A DNA stretch of 64,000 bases from an uncultured virus (IMG/VR IMGVR_UViG_3300034110_001238) (taxonomy: Duplodnaviria; Heunggongvirae; Uroviricota; Caudoviricetes), in the IMG/VR virus record IMGVR_UViG_3300034110_001238; one strand, given 5' to 3'. The notes under the pieces were generated by a model. It saw nothing but the letters and a program-made list of their open reading frames with translations. It did not search any database and was not told the DNA's origin. Each line of letters starts with the position of its first letter. The first letter of the stretch is position 1. A program made the translations under genes and the position numbers. This document shows positions 38,034 through 49,126 of the stretch, one piece after another.

Positions 38034-40310
38034 ATGAGCAATGCTAATATGTCCGAAAGCCTAATTAAAATTTTTGAAGCAATCCGTGGTCAAGTGTTCG
38101 AAGAGAATAACGGCCTCCTGTCTCCTGAATATCTCATACTTAAAATGGTTGACCTAAGTACAGAATTCCGAAATATCCTTAATAATAACAAAATCAACGT
38201 ACACGAACTTAAAAGTAACTTGAAGTCAACTGTTGATGCTAACAAACCTCGCACATCAAGTAAAGAACTTAAGCATTCTGCGACAATGGAAAAAGCAATG
38301 CAACGTACCATTATGAAGATTTTGAGCAGTGGTCGCAACGAGCTTGATGAAATCGACTTGTTGATTACTATTCTCGAAACATCACACTTGCCAGCTCAAG
38401 AAGCTTTGACTAAAAGCAACGTTAACATTGAACAACTGGTAGAATATGATAACCAACGTAGCAAAGCTGTTATGGAAGAAGATCGTCATGGCACCAACAC
38501 CAACGTTAGTCAATTGATTCGTTCTTTTGTAACTGACCTTACTGAACAAGCAGCACAAGGTAAACTTGAACCAATGATCGGTCGTGTTGAAGAAGTGGAT
38601 CGTATTGAAGAAATTCTTTCACGCCGTAAGAAAAACAACCCAATCATCGTTGGTGATGCTGGTGTTGGTAAGACTGCCGTAGTTGAAGGTTTGGCTCAAA
38701 AAATTGCTGCTGGTAACATTCACGACTCATTGAAAGGTTTCAAAGTGCTTTCTCTTGATGTGAACGGTATGGTTGCGGGTACAAAGTTCCGTGGTGACTT
38801 AGAAGATCGTGTTAAAAAGATTATTGATGCTGTTTCCAACAACAACACTATTCTTTTCATTGACGAAATTCACAGCATTATCAGCTCTGGTAAATCAGAA
38901 GGTGGTATGGACATTGGTAACACATTGAAGCCTTACTTGTCTTCCGGTAAAATTCGTTGCATTGGTGCTACAACCACTGAGGAATATCGTCAGGTGTTTG
39001 AAAAGAACTCTGCTCTTTCTCGTCGTTTCAACAAGGTTGACTTGGATGAACTCTCACCAGAAGCTACTTTGCATGTATTGAAGCAAGTTAAAGGTCAATA
39101 TGAAAAAGGTCATGGTGTGACTTATGATGATGCGGCCATTGCAAGTATTGTGAACCTATCCGCTCGTTTCTTGCATAACAAGAAATTCCCTGACAAGGCG
39201 ATTGACGTGCTTGATGAAACAGGTGCATATGCAAAACTTCGTATGACTGAAAAAGTGGTAACTGTTGCTCTTGTAGAAGAAGTTATCTCTAAAATGGCTA
39301 AACAACCAGTTAAAGAAGTTGAAGGTGTAATTAGCGAGCAATTGAAAAATCTTGATGCTAACATTAAGAAACAGATTTTCGGTCAAGATGGTGCTGTTGA
39401 AAAGATTGTAGATGCTATTGTATTAAACAAAAGTGGTTTTGGTGCTGTTGAGAAACCTATCGGTTCTTACTTGTTCATCGGTCCTACTGGTGTTGGTAAA
39501 ACTGAGTTGGCTAAACAACTGGCTAAAGAAATGAACATGAGCTTACTACGTTTTGACATGTCAGAATACATGGAAGCTCACACTGTTTCCAAGTTGATTG
39601 GTGCTCCCGCTGGTTATGTAGGTCATGGTAAAGGTGGTTTGCTTACTGAGCAAGTTAACAAAAACCCTTACTCTGTTATCCTTTTGGATGAATTTGAGAA
39701 GGCCAACCCTGATGTATTTAACGCTTTCTTGCAAGTGCTTGATTATGGCTTCATGACGGACTCAGAAGGTCGCAAGATCGACTTCCGTAATACGCTCATC
39801 ATCATGACTTCAAACGCAGGTATCAAGTTGTCTTCACAAGAGAAAAACGGTATCGGCTTTGTACAAAACAAAGAAGCGGTCAGCAGCTTGGTAAACTGGG
39901 AACAAGTGAATAAAATCTTTGCTCCTGAGTTCCGTAACCGCTTAGATGGTATGGTTGAGTTTAAAGCGATTGATAAAGACATGATCTTGAACATCGTGAA
40001 CAAAAACCTTGCTCCAATCTATGCAGAAGCGGCAAAGAAAGGATTTACACTTGAAATTGAAAATGCAGTATTGGATGAATTGTCAGTGAAGGGTTATGAA
40101 CCAGCAATGGGTGCCCGTCCAGTAGCTCGTATTGTGAAAGAGCTTATTGCTCTGCCACTTGCTAAGCTTGTCACATTCACTCAATTGCCTGAAAATTCAG
40201 TTATTCAAGCAGTAATGAAAGATGGCAAAGTAGAATTTGTCATCGGGTGTGAAGTGGCTAAGAAAACTACCACACGCCGTTCAAGAGCAAAAGCAACTAC
40301 TACTGAGTAA
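38034..40310 (+). CDS. clpA: ATP-dependent Clp protease ATP-binding subunit (ClpA-like)
   Basis: Two AAA+ modules GDAGVGKT and [11 protein letters not shown] loop (GIGF); no ClpB middle domain. Confidence 0.9.
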   Translation: MSNANMSESLIKIFEAIRGQVFEENNGLLSPEYLILKMVDLSTEFRNILNNNKINVHELKSNLKSTVDANKPRTSSKELKHSATMEKAMQRTIMKILSSGRNELDEIDLLITILETSHLPAQEALTKSNVNIEQLVEYDNQRSKAVMEEDRHGTNTNVSQLIRSFVTDLTEQAAQGKLEPMIGRVEEVDRIEEILSRRKKNNPIIVGDAGVGKTAVVEGLAQKIAAGNIHDSLKGFKVLSLDVNGMVAGTKFRGDLEDRVKKIIDAVSNNNTILFIDEIHSIISSGKSEGGMDIGNTLKPYLSSGKIRCIGATTTEEYRQVFEKNSALSRRFNKVDLDELSPEATLHVLKQVKGQYEKGHGVTYDDAAIASIVNLSARFLHNKKFPDKAIDVLDETGAYAKLRMTEKVVTVALVEEVISKMAKQPVKEVEGVISEQLKNLDANIKKQIFGQDGAVEKIVDAIVLNKSGFGAVEKPIGSYLFIGPTGVGKTELAKQLAKEMNMSLLRFDMSEYMEAHTVSKLIGAPAGYVGHGKGGLLTEQVNKNPYSVILLDEFEKANPDVFNAFLQVLDYGFMTDSEGRKIDFRNTLIIMTSNAGIKLSSQEKNGIGFVQNKEAVSSLVNWEQVNKIFAPEFRNRLDGMVEFKAIDKDMILNIVNKNLAPIYAEAAKKGFTLEIENAVLDELSVKGYEPAMGARPVARIVKELIALPLAKLVTFTQLPENSVIQAVMKDGKVEFVIGCEVAKKTTTRRSRAKATTTE

Positions 40311-40421
40311 TCATGTAGATCAGTAAAACAAGAAAGAGCCAGCAATGGCTCTTTTTTTGTCTAAATAAAATTGACAGTTTTTTACAAAATGTTTAAATGA
40401 TAAAAATAAGGTAATTAATCC

Positions 40422-41264
40422 ATGACTACTGAAAAAGATATCTGGTTAGCTGATGCTAAACACCAATTAACATTATTACTTGAATTCGAAGATCATGTTC
40501 TGATTCCTGATGCTAAAACATTGAATACATTCTTATTAAAACCTACCTTGATATTAAAGATGATGTACAAAGATCATCCTAACATGCTATCGGAAGCTTT
40601 GATTAAGTATCAAGATATGGCAGCAAGCAAAACAATTTCTCCTAATATATCGCAAGAAGATATTAATGCTTTAGAGGAAGCTTTTGTTAAAGGATTAACA
40701 CCAAATCAAGCTGCAATTGAACAAGTAAAATGGTGTGATACGCCAGAAGAAGCAGGAAAATATCTAGTCAGCCAGCAAGCTAATGTGACCCCGCTGATAA
40801 TGTTGATAGGTTTAATTGTCGGATTGGTTGCAATAACCATAACATTTTATGGTTTTGCACGCGACAAACTTAATATTCAACATGAATCTGAACATCTTTC
40901 AACTTTATACAAAAACATCACAAATGTTTATAATCAAAAAGGAACGTTAAAATTGGATAATGCCACTGCAATTAAAGAAGGTCTAATTCCAGAAACAATG
41001 ATGATAACCGATCAAAAAATAAAGAACAGTTGGGATGGCGAAGTCTTGATAACAGGCACTTCCAGTAATGCATTTGAAGTTAAATACACACACGTTGAAG
41101 ATGACATTAGTTGTATTAATTTGGTTAAAAAAGAGCAAAAAATTGGTTGGAACTCTGTTATCATTGCAAATAAAAAACTAGATAACTATAAAGAAATTAA
41201 AAATGTAGATATAGCTGAAGCGTGTAATTCGAATGGTTTTGTGGATATAACGTTTAAAAAATAA
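40422..41264 (+). CDS. Membrane protein with a C-terminal type IVb pilin (PilS-like) domain
   Basis: TM helix, then KNSWDGEV, FEVKYTHV..SCINLV and AC disulfide pattern. Confidence 0.6.
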   Translation: MTTEKDIWLADAKHQLTLLLEFEDHVLIPDAKTLNTFLLKPTLILKMMYKDHPNMLSEALIKYQDMAASKTISPNISQEDINALEEAFVKGLTPNQAAIEQVKWCDTPEEAGKYLVSQQANVTPLIMLIGLIVGLVAITITFYGFARDKLNIQHESEHLSTLYKNITNVYNQKGTLKLDNATAIKEGLIPETMMITDQKIKNSWDGEVLITGTSSNAFEVKYTHVEDDISCINLVKKEQKIGWNSVIIANKKLDNYKEIKNVDIAEACNSNGFVDITFKK

Positions 41265-41286
41265 TCTAGTCAAAAAAAAGAACTTG

Positions 41287-41727
41287 TCAAACAAGTTCTT
41301 TTTCAACCAACCCTTTTACTTTGCTCATATCTGTTTTACCATTCAATTGATTTTTGATTAATTTCATAACATCACCAAAAGCAATAACAGGTTTTTCAGA
41401 TTTAGCTTCTACAATACCAGCACGAATGATAGCTAACACATCTTCATCACTTAATTGTGTTGGCATGTATTTAGATAACAGTTCGATTTCCGCAGAATCC
41501 TTTTCAACCAACTCCTTAATGTCTTTGTATTTTTCAATAGCGTCTTTCCTCTGACGTATAAGCGTTTTTAAAATGCCAATTACATCCGCATCAGTCACTT
41601 CTTTCTTAGTGTCTACTTCTTGTTGTTTAATAGCTGCAAGGATATAACCAACCGCTGTTTTTGTGAGGTTGTCTTTTTCTCTCAACGCTTTAACTCGTGC
41701 TTGTGTTATTTCATCTTTTAATGACAT
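41287..41727 (-). CDS. GatB/YqeY domain protein
   Basis: MSLKDEI, AIKQQEVD and YMPTQLS. Confidence 0.85.
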   Translation of the reverse strand: MSLKDEITQARVKALREKDNLTKTAVGYILAAIKQQEVDTKKEVTDADVIGILKTLIRQRKDAIEKYKDIKELVEKDSAEIELLSKYMPTQLSDEDVLAIIRAGIVEAKSEKPVIAFGDVMKLIKNQLNGKTDMSKVKGLVEKELV

Positions 41728-41831
41728 GATATCCTCCTTTTGTAGTAATTGCTTACAATACACTATATGGCTTTGTTTGTAAAGGTTCTTATATGGAGTA
41801 TAATAGTATTAAAACCATAAGGAGGCTCACA

Positions 41832-42266
41832 ATGGATAAATTATATTTAGGAATGGGATGCTTTTGGAGTTCACAATACATATTTAAAAACCATTATCCC
41901 ACATTAGAAACACGAGTTGGTTATAATTCAGATGGCATAGAATTACTCGAAATTACTTACTCATCATTAAAAGAACTTGATCATTACTTGGGAACATTTT
42001 TTGAAAATCACTCATTCACATTAAAGGAAATTCCTGAAAAATATCAGAGCTATATTTTCTACACCAACATCGATCATCAATCTAGTATAGTAATGGCATT
42101 GAATAGATTTAACCAAAAGATAAAACTGGCTGGTCGTGTAGGTGAATCAAAAACAAAGATTCTAAGAATGGAAAGATTTCATCCAGCAGAAGAACACAAT
42201 CAAAACTACCTTGATAAAAATCCATCAGTCAAATGTGTATTAGGTTTTAATGGTGTATACTACTAA
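41832..42266 (+). CDS. msrA: Peptide methionine sulfoxide reductase A
   Basis: GCFW, RVGY and AEEHNQNYL. Confidence 0.8.
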   Translation: MDKLYLGMGCFWSSQYIFKNHYPTLETRVGYNSDGIELLEITYSSLKELDHYLGTFFENHSFTLKEIPEKYQSYIFYTNIDHQSSIVMALNRFNQKIKLAGRVGESKTKILRMERFHPAEEHNQNYLDKNPSVKCVLGFNGVYY

Positions 42267-42322
42267 CAATTAAGTCAAAATTAAGTCAATTAAAAAAGAA
42301 CCCGAAGGTTCTTTTTCTTATC

Positions 42323-44191
42323 TTACTTTTCAATCAACTCTTTAACTTTTTCATACAATACTTGCTTTGTCGCATCTGCTGCTGGTATTGGTTCACCTAT
42401 TTCAATTGTAATTCTTCTGAAAAACTTACGAGGCAATCTCAATTTATGTTTTCTACTAAACATGCTACCATAGACACCTTTAATAGCGACTGGAATGACT
42501 GGGACTGGAGAAGATTCAATAATTTTCTCAATACCACTTTTAAACATTTTGAGTTCACCATCGTAAGTAATGGCTCCTTCTGGAAATATGCACACTAATT
42601 CACCGTTTTCCAACGCTTCTTTTATCTTCACATAACATTCTTCCAAAATCTTAGGATCTTCTTTAATACCCGCAATAGGGATGCCACCCATTTGTCTAAA
42701 CAACCAGTTCAACACTGGAATGTTAAAGATTTTGTAATACATGATAAATCTCATCGGTCTTTTAATTTCACTGGTAATAATCAGTGCATCTACAAAGCTC
42801 ACATGGTTAACCGCAATCACCGCCGCACCTTCACTTGGAACATGAGAAAGATTGTGTGTTTTTATTCTATACATAAACGTTAAGACAAACCATGTCATAA
42901 AGCGTAGGTAGAATTCTGGTATCTTTTTATAAATGTAATAAGCCACAACCCAGTTAAACAACGACAACACTAAAAATAATTGACTTATTTTTAAGAATTT
43001 TAACAAAATAATAGCAACAATAGCGGATGCCACCATAAAGATAGAATTCAAGATGTTGTTGGCTGCAATAATACGTGACATGTGTTCTTTGATGGTTCTG
43101 GTTTGAATCATTGCATACAAAGGAACTGTATAGAAGCCGCCAAATAGTCCAATACAGAACAAGTAGGTGCAAAGATAAACGCTTCTTGGGTCTTGTTTAA
43201 ATTGTTCTAATGTTAATAAAGTGTTATTGACCACTAATGATAAGGAATCAAAACTTTGAACTTCAAAAAACATTAGGATACCAAACAAGGTGATACCAAA
43301 TGAACCAAACGCCACTAGACCGACTTCAATGTAGTCTTTTGAGATACGTTCACACAACATGGAGCCTAAACCTATACCGATAGAGAATACCACAAGAAAC
43401 AAGGTTACAACGGATTCTGAATACCCAAGTTCACTTTTTACAAACTGAGGTAATTGTGTAAGGTAAACAGCTCCTAAAAACCAAAACCATGAAACAGCAA
43501 AAATCGACATTACCACTGACTTCTGTTGTTGCTTCATGATTTTAAAGACACCAGAAGTCGCCGTAAAGATGTTGAAATTGATTTTAGTAGCTGTATTCAA
43601 TGATTGAGCTTTCGGAATAAATAAACTGGTAATAAATCCAATAATTGCAATGGCTAAAATAACCACTGAAACAAGTCCTTCTCCGTTTGTTTGTGAAATC
43701 AATCCCACTCCCAGCATAGTACCTAATAAGATAGCTAAGAAGGTGCCCATTTCAATAAATCCGTTTGCCGCCATGATTTCTTTTTCATGAAGGTGTTGTG
43801 GTAAAATACTGTATTTTAAAGGCCCAAAGAATGCCGATTGCGTCCCCATTAAGAATAAAACAGCTATCAATCCATTGATACTATTCATATAAAAGAAAAG
43901 TGCAGCAAACAACATGATGAAAATTTCTATTAATTTATTCATTTTGATGACAAATGATTTTTCATACTTATCAGCAATTTGACCAGCAACGGCTGAGAAC
44001 AAGAAAAAAGGTAAAATAAATAAAGCTGCAGCTAGGTTAACGTATAAATTCGTATCCGTAGTTAATTTGAATACTATCATCATGATTAACGCATTTTTAA
44101 AGACGTTATCATTAAAAGCCCCAAAAAACTGGGTTAAAAATAAGGGTAAGAATTTCCTATTTTTCAAAAGTGACGCGGTATGACCTTCCAT
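42323..44191 (-). CDS. MFS transporter (LplT-like) fused to a PlsC-type acyltransferase
   Basis: TQFFGAFNDNVFK; NHVSFVD and FPEG. Confidence 0.9.
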   Translation of the reverse strand: MEGHTASLLKNRKFLPLFLTQFFGAFNDNVFKNALIMMIVFKLTTDTNLYVNLAAALFILPFFLFSAVAGQIADKYEKSFVIKMNKLIEIFIMLFAALFFYMNSINGLIAVLFLMGTQSAFFGPLKYSILPQHLHEKEIMAANGFIEMGTFLAILLGTMLGVGLISQTNGEGLVSVVILAIAIIGFITSLFIPKAQSLNTATKINFNIFTATSGVFKIMKQQQKSVVMSIFAVSWFWFLGAVYLTQLPQFVKSELGYSESVVTLFLVVFSIGIGLGSMLCERISKDYIEVGLVAFGSFGITLFGILMFFEVQSFDSLSLVVNNTLLTLEQFKQDPRSVYLCTYLFCIGLFGGFYTVPLYAMIQTRTIKEHMSRIIAANNILNSIFMVASAIVAIILLKFLKISQLFLVLSLFNWVVAYYIYKKIPEFYLRFMTWFVLTFMYRIKTHNLSHVPSEGAAVIAVNHVSFVDALIITSEIKRPMRFIMYYKIFNIPVLNWLFRQMGGIPIAGIKEDPKILEECYVKIKEALENGELVCIFPEGAITYDGELKMFKSGIEKIIESSPVPVIPVAIKGVYGSMFSRKHKLRLPRKFFRRITIEIGEPIPAADATKQVLYEKVKELIEK

Positions 44192-44391
44192 TCAACAATC
44201 TCCTATTGTCTTATCTCTACAATTTACCATTGCTTTATAGGTCTTTCAAACATTTTGAAATATAATAACATTTGTATGTAAAAAAAGGTGACAAGTCTGC
44301 CATAAATATTATAGTCATTAAATAATAGATTGCTATTTATTCAGTTTTGTAATATGATAGAGCTGACTTATATACCTTAGAGGATAATTTA

Positions 44392-45357
44392 ATGGACTTG
44401 AAACCAAATTTCACCACTGAACAGTATAATGCATTAAGTCCTGACCAACGTTGGGAGAAAATGTATGATGCGGCTGTCGATTTCATAACCAAGGAAGGAA
44501 AACTACCTTCTAAAGATTATCTTATTTATGGTATTACATTGCTGAACTGGATTCGTTCACATTCTTCATCCAACCAGAAAAATGAAGCTAAACGCAATAG
44601 AATTAAGACGTTTGTGGATAATGCGGGTATCCTCTCGACCAAAGATCATTGGAACGCCTACTTCCCTATGTTGCAAGAACATTTTGTAAGCCGTATTCCA
44701 TTGCGTTATGCCACCGATAAAAAATTTCAAGAATGGTCAAGGGATCTCAAAAGACGTTGGTACGATGATAACATTGAAAAAAATAGACGCGAATTGTTGA
44801 TTGCATCTAATTATGAACATTTGATTGTCGAAGACATGTTGACCTATGAATTGTTAAAAGATTTTTTTCAAACATGTGATGACATTGAATTGTACAAATT
44901 CAATAAAGACCATGACGATGACGAAATAGAACTATCAGAAGATACATTTGATATCCTTTCATTCTTGAAAAGAGAACTGATTAAACGCGACAACAATGAA
45001 TTGAGTGCTAAAAAAGTTGAAGTATTGGAACTTTTTGATAAATTTGATTTGAAGATGACAGCTTCTCAGAAAATTATTAAAGAAATTGTGAAAGATGAAC
45101 TACAACAAAACTTTGTCATGAAAGATGTAGAACAAGCCGTAAGAAAAGTTTACCAAATTTCATTGAATACACTTTTTGATAAAAGTAATAATGAACATTA
45201 CCACATGATGATTCATATTTTGGATTCAAAAAATCAAACAGCCATTGCAGGTATGTGTGGTCTTTCCAAAGAACGAATTCGTCAACTGTTCAATATTGTA
45301 AAAGATCAATTCAGGGCCGATTTAAAAAACAACCTTGATTTGTTTAAAATCCTTTAA
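44392..45357 (+). CDS. Putative DNA-binding protein with a C-terminal sigma region-4-like HTH
   Basis: IAGMCGLSKERIRQL; Trp-repeat N-terminus resembling helicase-associated domains. Confidence 0.55.
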   Translation: MDLKPNFTTEQYNALSPDQRWEKMYDAAVDFITKEGKLPSKDYLIYGITLLNWIRSHSSSNQKNEAKRNRIKTFVDNAGILSTKDHWNAYFPMLQEHFVSRIPLRYATDKKFQEWSRDLKRRWYDDNIEKNRRELLIASNYEHLIVEDMLTYELLKDFFQTCDDIELYKFNKDHDDDEIELSEDTFDILSFLKRELIKRDNNELSAKKVEVLELFDKFDLKMTASQKIIKEIVKDELQQNFVMKDVEQAVRKVYQISLNTLFDKSNNEHYHMMIHILDSKNQTAIAGMCGLSKERIRQLFNIVKDQFRADLKNNLDLFKIL

Positions 45358-45365
45358 AATAGTAA

Positions 45366-45394
45366 TTGACTTAATCCGTCAATTGTTGTATGAT
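45366..45394 (+). promoter_or_regulatory. Sigma70 promoter of the ileS leader
   Basis: TTGACT-17 nt-TATGAT. Confidence 0.75.
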
Positions 45395-45424
45395 TGAAAT
45401 TAATTAAAAGAGATTAAATAAAAC

Positions 45425-45487
45425 ATGAAAACCTTAAATACATTCGTAAACAGCATTATTATTATCCCTAAGTTGCCAATGAGCTAA
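45425..45487 (+). CDS. ileS leader peptide MKTLNTFVNSIIIIPKLPMS
   Basis: ATT ATT ATT ATC run between the promoter and the terminator. Confidence 0.8.
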   Translation: MKTLNTFVNSIIIIPKLPMS

Positions 45488-45509
45488 CAGGATAAGTTGT
45501 TGTTAATTC

Positions 45510-45543
45510 AAAGGCACTCGGTCAAAACCAAGTGCCTTTTTTT
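45510..45543 (+). terminator. Attenuator terminator upstream of ileS
   Basis: AAGGCACT-CGGTCAAAACCA-AGTGCCTT plus T run. Confidence 0.8.
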
Positions 45544-45586
45544 ATTGCCGAAAATAAATTAAATTACTAAATCTAGGAGATTCAAA

Positions 45587-48112
45587 ATGAAATATACACT
45601 CAACATGCAAAAAGTCAGTTTCAACCTTAACGAAAAATTCTTGGATAAGTCCAGTTATCTGGAATGCTGGAATAGCCAAGAAATGAAAGACTTTTTAGAA
45701 CAACAACGTCATAAGCCTTTATTCTTGCTTCATGATGGCCCTCCATATGCGAATGGTGACCTGCATTTGGGTCATTTTACCAACAAGGTATTGAAAGATA
45801 CTGTCTTAAAATTTAAACGCCTCAATGGATACTACGCTCCCTTTAACAATGGATTTGACTGTCATGGATTACCCGTAGAATTAGCAGTAGAGAAATTGAA
45901 TAGTGGTAAAACCAATAAACAAGAATTCCTCAATCAGTGTTACCAATATTCTAATGAACAAGTCGCCAATCAATTAGCCCAGTTGAAAGAGTTTGGTATG
46001 TTGGCTGATTTTGATAATTCTTACAAGACAAATGAATTCTTCCGTGAAGCTGAGGAAATGGAAGCCGTTCTTAATTTGTTGGACAAGGACTATCTCTATC
46101 AAAAATTCAGACCTGTTCATTGGTGTAAAGACTGTCAGTCTTCTTTGGCAGAGGCTGAGGTTGAATACAAAGTCAAAACGTCCGATAGCGTAACGGTTGA
46201 ATTTAAACTCAATGATGATACTTATCTACTGGTATGGACAACAACGCCTTATACCTTACCAGCCAACCAAGCAGTTGCGTATAATAAGCGTTTTACTTAT
46301 GCCAAGTATTACAATAAAGCTCATGACAAATATTATGTCACATTGAAAAATGATGCTCTTGATTCTGAAATGGAATTTGTGACTGATGTTGATTTAGATA
46401 ATCTCGTTGTTCAAAGTCCATATAGTAAAAAAATGGTTCCTTTACTTCAAGCCGATTTTGTTGAAAATTCAGGCACTGGCTTTGTTCATGTTGCTCCATC
46501 TTTTGGGTTAGATGACTTTTATTTGGGTGAAAATCATCATCTGGATGTGAATAGCTATGTCGATAACTATGGTAAATATGACTCTGTTGAATTTCCAGAA
46601 CTACAAGGCATGAATTTGAAAGACTCTGCTGCATCTGTATTGGCTACATTACAAGCAGACAACCTTGTATTCAAATTAACCAAACTTGAGCATGAATATC
46701 CACACTGCTGGCGTCATAAGTCTCCCTTGTTCTCAAAAGCTTCGAAAGAATGGTTTATGGATCTCTCTAATGTAAAAGAAAAAGCTCTTGAAGAAGTCGA
46801 AGATGTTAGATTCTTCCCAAGCAATGGTAAGAATAGACTAACCTCTATGCTGGCTACTCGCAATAGCTGGTGTGTATCCAGAAATAGACTTTGGGGAGTT
46901 CCATTGCCAAAAGACAAGACACCCGAAGCTCTTAATGAATATAGAACGTGGGTCACCTTTGTTAAACATAACGGATTATCATCACTTTATACTGAGGACT
47001 TCTCTGCTCAAACACTTGATGTATGGTTTGATAGCGGAATGACTCATACAACTGTGATGAAAAGAAACTACGGTACCACACAATCTGATTTATACTTAGA
47101 AGGTTCTGATCAACACCGTGGATGGTTTCAATCTTCATTATTGACATCAACTGCTTTAAACAATAAAGCACCTTACAAACAAGTGTTTACACATGGATTT
47201 GTTGTAGATTCAAAAGGGATGAAGTTTTCTAAGTCATTAGGTAACTATGTCGCTTTGCAAGACTTGTTGAAACAACACAGTCCTGATGTATTAAGATTGT
47301 GGTGTCTAAACCAAGACTATCATAAAGAACTGACCTATTCGGAAAGCACATTACAAGCCGCGACTGAAATGTATAAGAAATTTAGAAATACATACAGATT
47401 CATGTTGCAAAACCTATATGATTACACACCAGAAAGCGTCTTAAAAACACAAGAGATGGACTTGTTGGATAAATATGTGCTCCATGAAACAAACGAGCTT
47501 AAAAAGACCGTTTTAAAGCTCGGTGATGAATACAAGTTTAATGAAGCCTTAACCGTTTTGTATGCTTTTTGTGATAGATTAAGTGTTCTTTACTTTGAAG
47601 CGAACAAAGACAGATTATATTGTTTAGCTCCTGACGCACCAAGAAGACGATTGACACAATCTGTTTTAAACTATGTTCAACATAATTTAATGGTATTGTT
47701 GTCTACTTACCTTCCGTATTCGACAGAAGAATACTACAGAAGCCTTAACAGCTATTCTGGGTTGAGTGTATTTATGGAAGAACTTCTTGATGATGTTACA
47801 GTTGATTTTGATCAAACCAGCTTTAATAAAGTCTTAGAACTCAGGGATGTAGCGAATAAATTGTTTGAAGAAGGTAGAACAAGCAAAGTAATGTCTAAAA
47901 ACAACGAAATGGTGCTTCACTTAAATAGCGATTTAAATGATGAACAACAAACAGTCCTATCTGTATTGTTGGGAAGTGTTAGCGTTGTTAAACATAACAA
48001 AACTGAACTGTTCAAACATGATTTCAAGAAGTGTGATCGTTGTTGGAACTACTTTAAACAGTTGTGCAACGATAACTTATGCCAGAGTTGCAATGATGTA
48101 GAAAAACAATAA
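45587..48112 (+). CDS. ileS: Isoleucyl-tRNA synthetase (type 1)
   Basis: DGPPYANGDLHLGH, WTTTP, EGSDQHRGWF, KFSKS and C-terminal CDRCW...CQSC. Confidence 0.93.
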   Translation: MKYTLNMQKVSFNLNEKFLDKSSYLECWNSQEMKDFLEQQRHKPLFLLHDGPPYANGDLHLGHFTNKVLKDTVLKFKRLNGYYAPFNNGFDCHGLPVELAVEKLNSGKTNKQEFLNQCYQYSNEQVANQLAQLKEFGMLADFDNSYKTNEFFREAEEMEAVLNLLDKDYLYQKFRPVHWCKDCQSSLAEAEVEYKVKTSDSVTVEFKLNDDTYLLVWTTTPYTLPANQAVAYNKRFTYAKYYNKAHDKYYVTLKNDALDSEMEFVTDVDLDNLVVQSPYSKKMVPLLQADFVENSGTGFVHVAPSFGLDDFYLGENHHLDVNSYVDNYGKYDSVEFPELQGMNLKDSAASVLATLQADNLVFKLTKLEHEYPHCWRHKSPLFSKASKEWFMDLSNVKEKALEEVEDVRFFPSNGKNRLTSMLATRNSWCVSRNRLWGVPLPKDKTPEALNEYRTWVTFVKHNGLSSLYTEDFSAQTLDVWFDSGMTHTTVMKRNYGTTQSDLYLEGSDQHRGWFQSSLLTSTALNNKAPYKQVFTHGFVVDSKGMKFSKSLGNYVALQDLLKQHSPDVLRLWCLNQDYHKELTYSESTLQAATEMYKKFRNTYRFMLQNLYDYTPESVLKTQEMDLLDKYVLHETNELKKTVLKLGDEYKFNEALTVLYAFCDRLSVLYFEANKDRLYCLAPDAPRRRLTQSVLNYVQHNLMVLLSTYLPYSTEEYYRSLNSYSGLSVFMEELLDDVTVDFDQTSFNKVLELRDVANKLFEEGRTSKVMSKNNEMVLHLNSDLNDEQQTVLSVLLGSVSVVKHNKTELFKHDFKKCDRCWNYFKQLCNDNLCQSCNDVEKQ

Positions 48113-48206
48113 GACGAACAGCCACTGCGAAGTGGCTTTTTTTCGCCCTTGAATATTGATTAAATATTACACAATTGATATACTGGAAAAAATTATATAT
48201 GCCTGA

Positions 48207-49118
48207 ATGGATAGTGTCGAAAGTGTGATAAAAGATTGGAAAGATAAAACCATTGATTTCAATCTTTTTAGAAAAAAAATAGTATTACATTTAGACATTA
48301 AAGATGATGTTTTAAAACTTATTGATAAAAATTATATATCCTTGAATGATGTCAGTGACCGATTGAAAGCCGACAGAGATGTAGTGTTGAAAGCTATATC
48401 ACAAAATGGAGACAATCTTTTATTTGCAAACAAAAAGTTTCTGGCTGACCGAGACATTGTGCTTGCCGCTATGAAAAAGACAGGTTATTTAAGCAATAAC
48501 ATTTTTGAAAAATTATCAACCATCTTAAAGAACGATGATGAAATTGTTCACATGACATTAAAACACTCACCAGAATGTTTAGTGCATTTGACTGAAAAGT
48601 ATTCAAACAATAAAGAATTGCTACTAAGATTAAAAGTATGGAAATTAGAAGGTTGTTCTGATTTGTTGAAGAATGATAGAGATGTCGTGTTGATGACAGT
48701 AAAAGCAAATGGATTAAATCTTCAATACGCCAGTAAAGAAATGCAAGATGACTATGAAGTGGTCTTAAATGCAGTCAAAAATCACGGAAAAGCGTTAGAA
48801 TTTGCTTCATCTCGTTTGAAAAGTGATAAAAAAATAATTAAAACGGCTATAAAAAATAATATAGCTGCAGTTTACTATATTTCTGATGGAGCCAGAGACA
48901 ACAAACAAATTATTTTGTCTATTTTAGAACAAGACGGACAATATTTTCATTTAGCCAGTGAAAGACTGAGAAAAGACTTTAAAGTCATAAGAACAGCTCT
49001 TGCTCATAGTGTAGATGGTCTAGTAATTCCATTTTTGTGTCCTGATATATTAGAGCATATGGGGTATGGCAATCCTATAGATCATTTTATGCAAAAAAAA
49101 CATATAAAGACAAAATAA
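48207..49118 (+). CDS. DUF4116-repeat protein
   Basis: Repeats of type LKxDRDVVLxAVxxNGxxLxYAS. Confidence 0.8.
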   Translation: MDSVESVIKDWKDKTIDFNLFRKKIVLHLDIKDDVLKLIDKNYISLNDVSDRLKADRDVVLKAISQNGDNLLFANKKFLADRDIVLAAMKKTGYLSNNIFEKLSTILKNDDEIVHMTLKHSPECLVHLTEKYSNNKELLLRLKVWKLEGCSDLLKNDRDVVLMTVKANGLNLQYASKEMQDDYEVVLNAVKNHGKALEFASSRLKSDKKIIKTAIKNNIAAVYYISDGARDNKQIILSILEQDGQYFHLASERLRKDFKVIRTALAHSVDGLVIPFLCPDILEHMGYGNPIDHFMQKKHIKTK

Positions 49119-49126
49119 GATTAATA

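Noticed and set aside
38034..40310. ClpB assignment
   Set aside because: No coiled-coil middle domain, and an IGF-type ClpP-docking loop is present
45395..45586. T-box riboswitch upstream of ileS
   Set aside because: No T-box consensus; a leader peptide plus terminator explains the region
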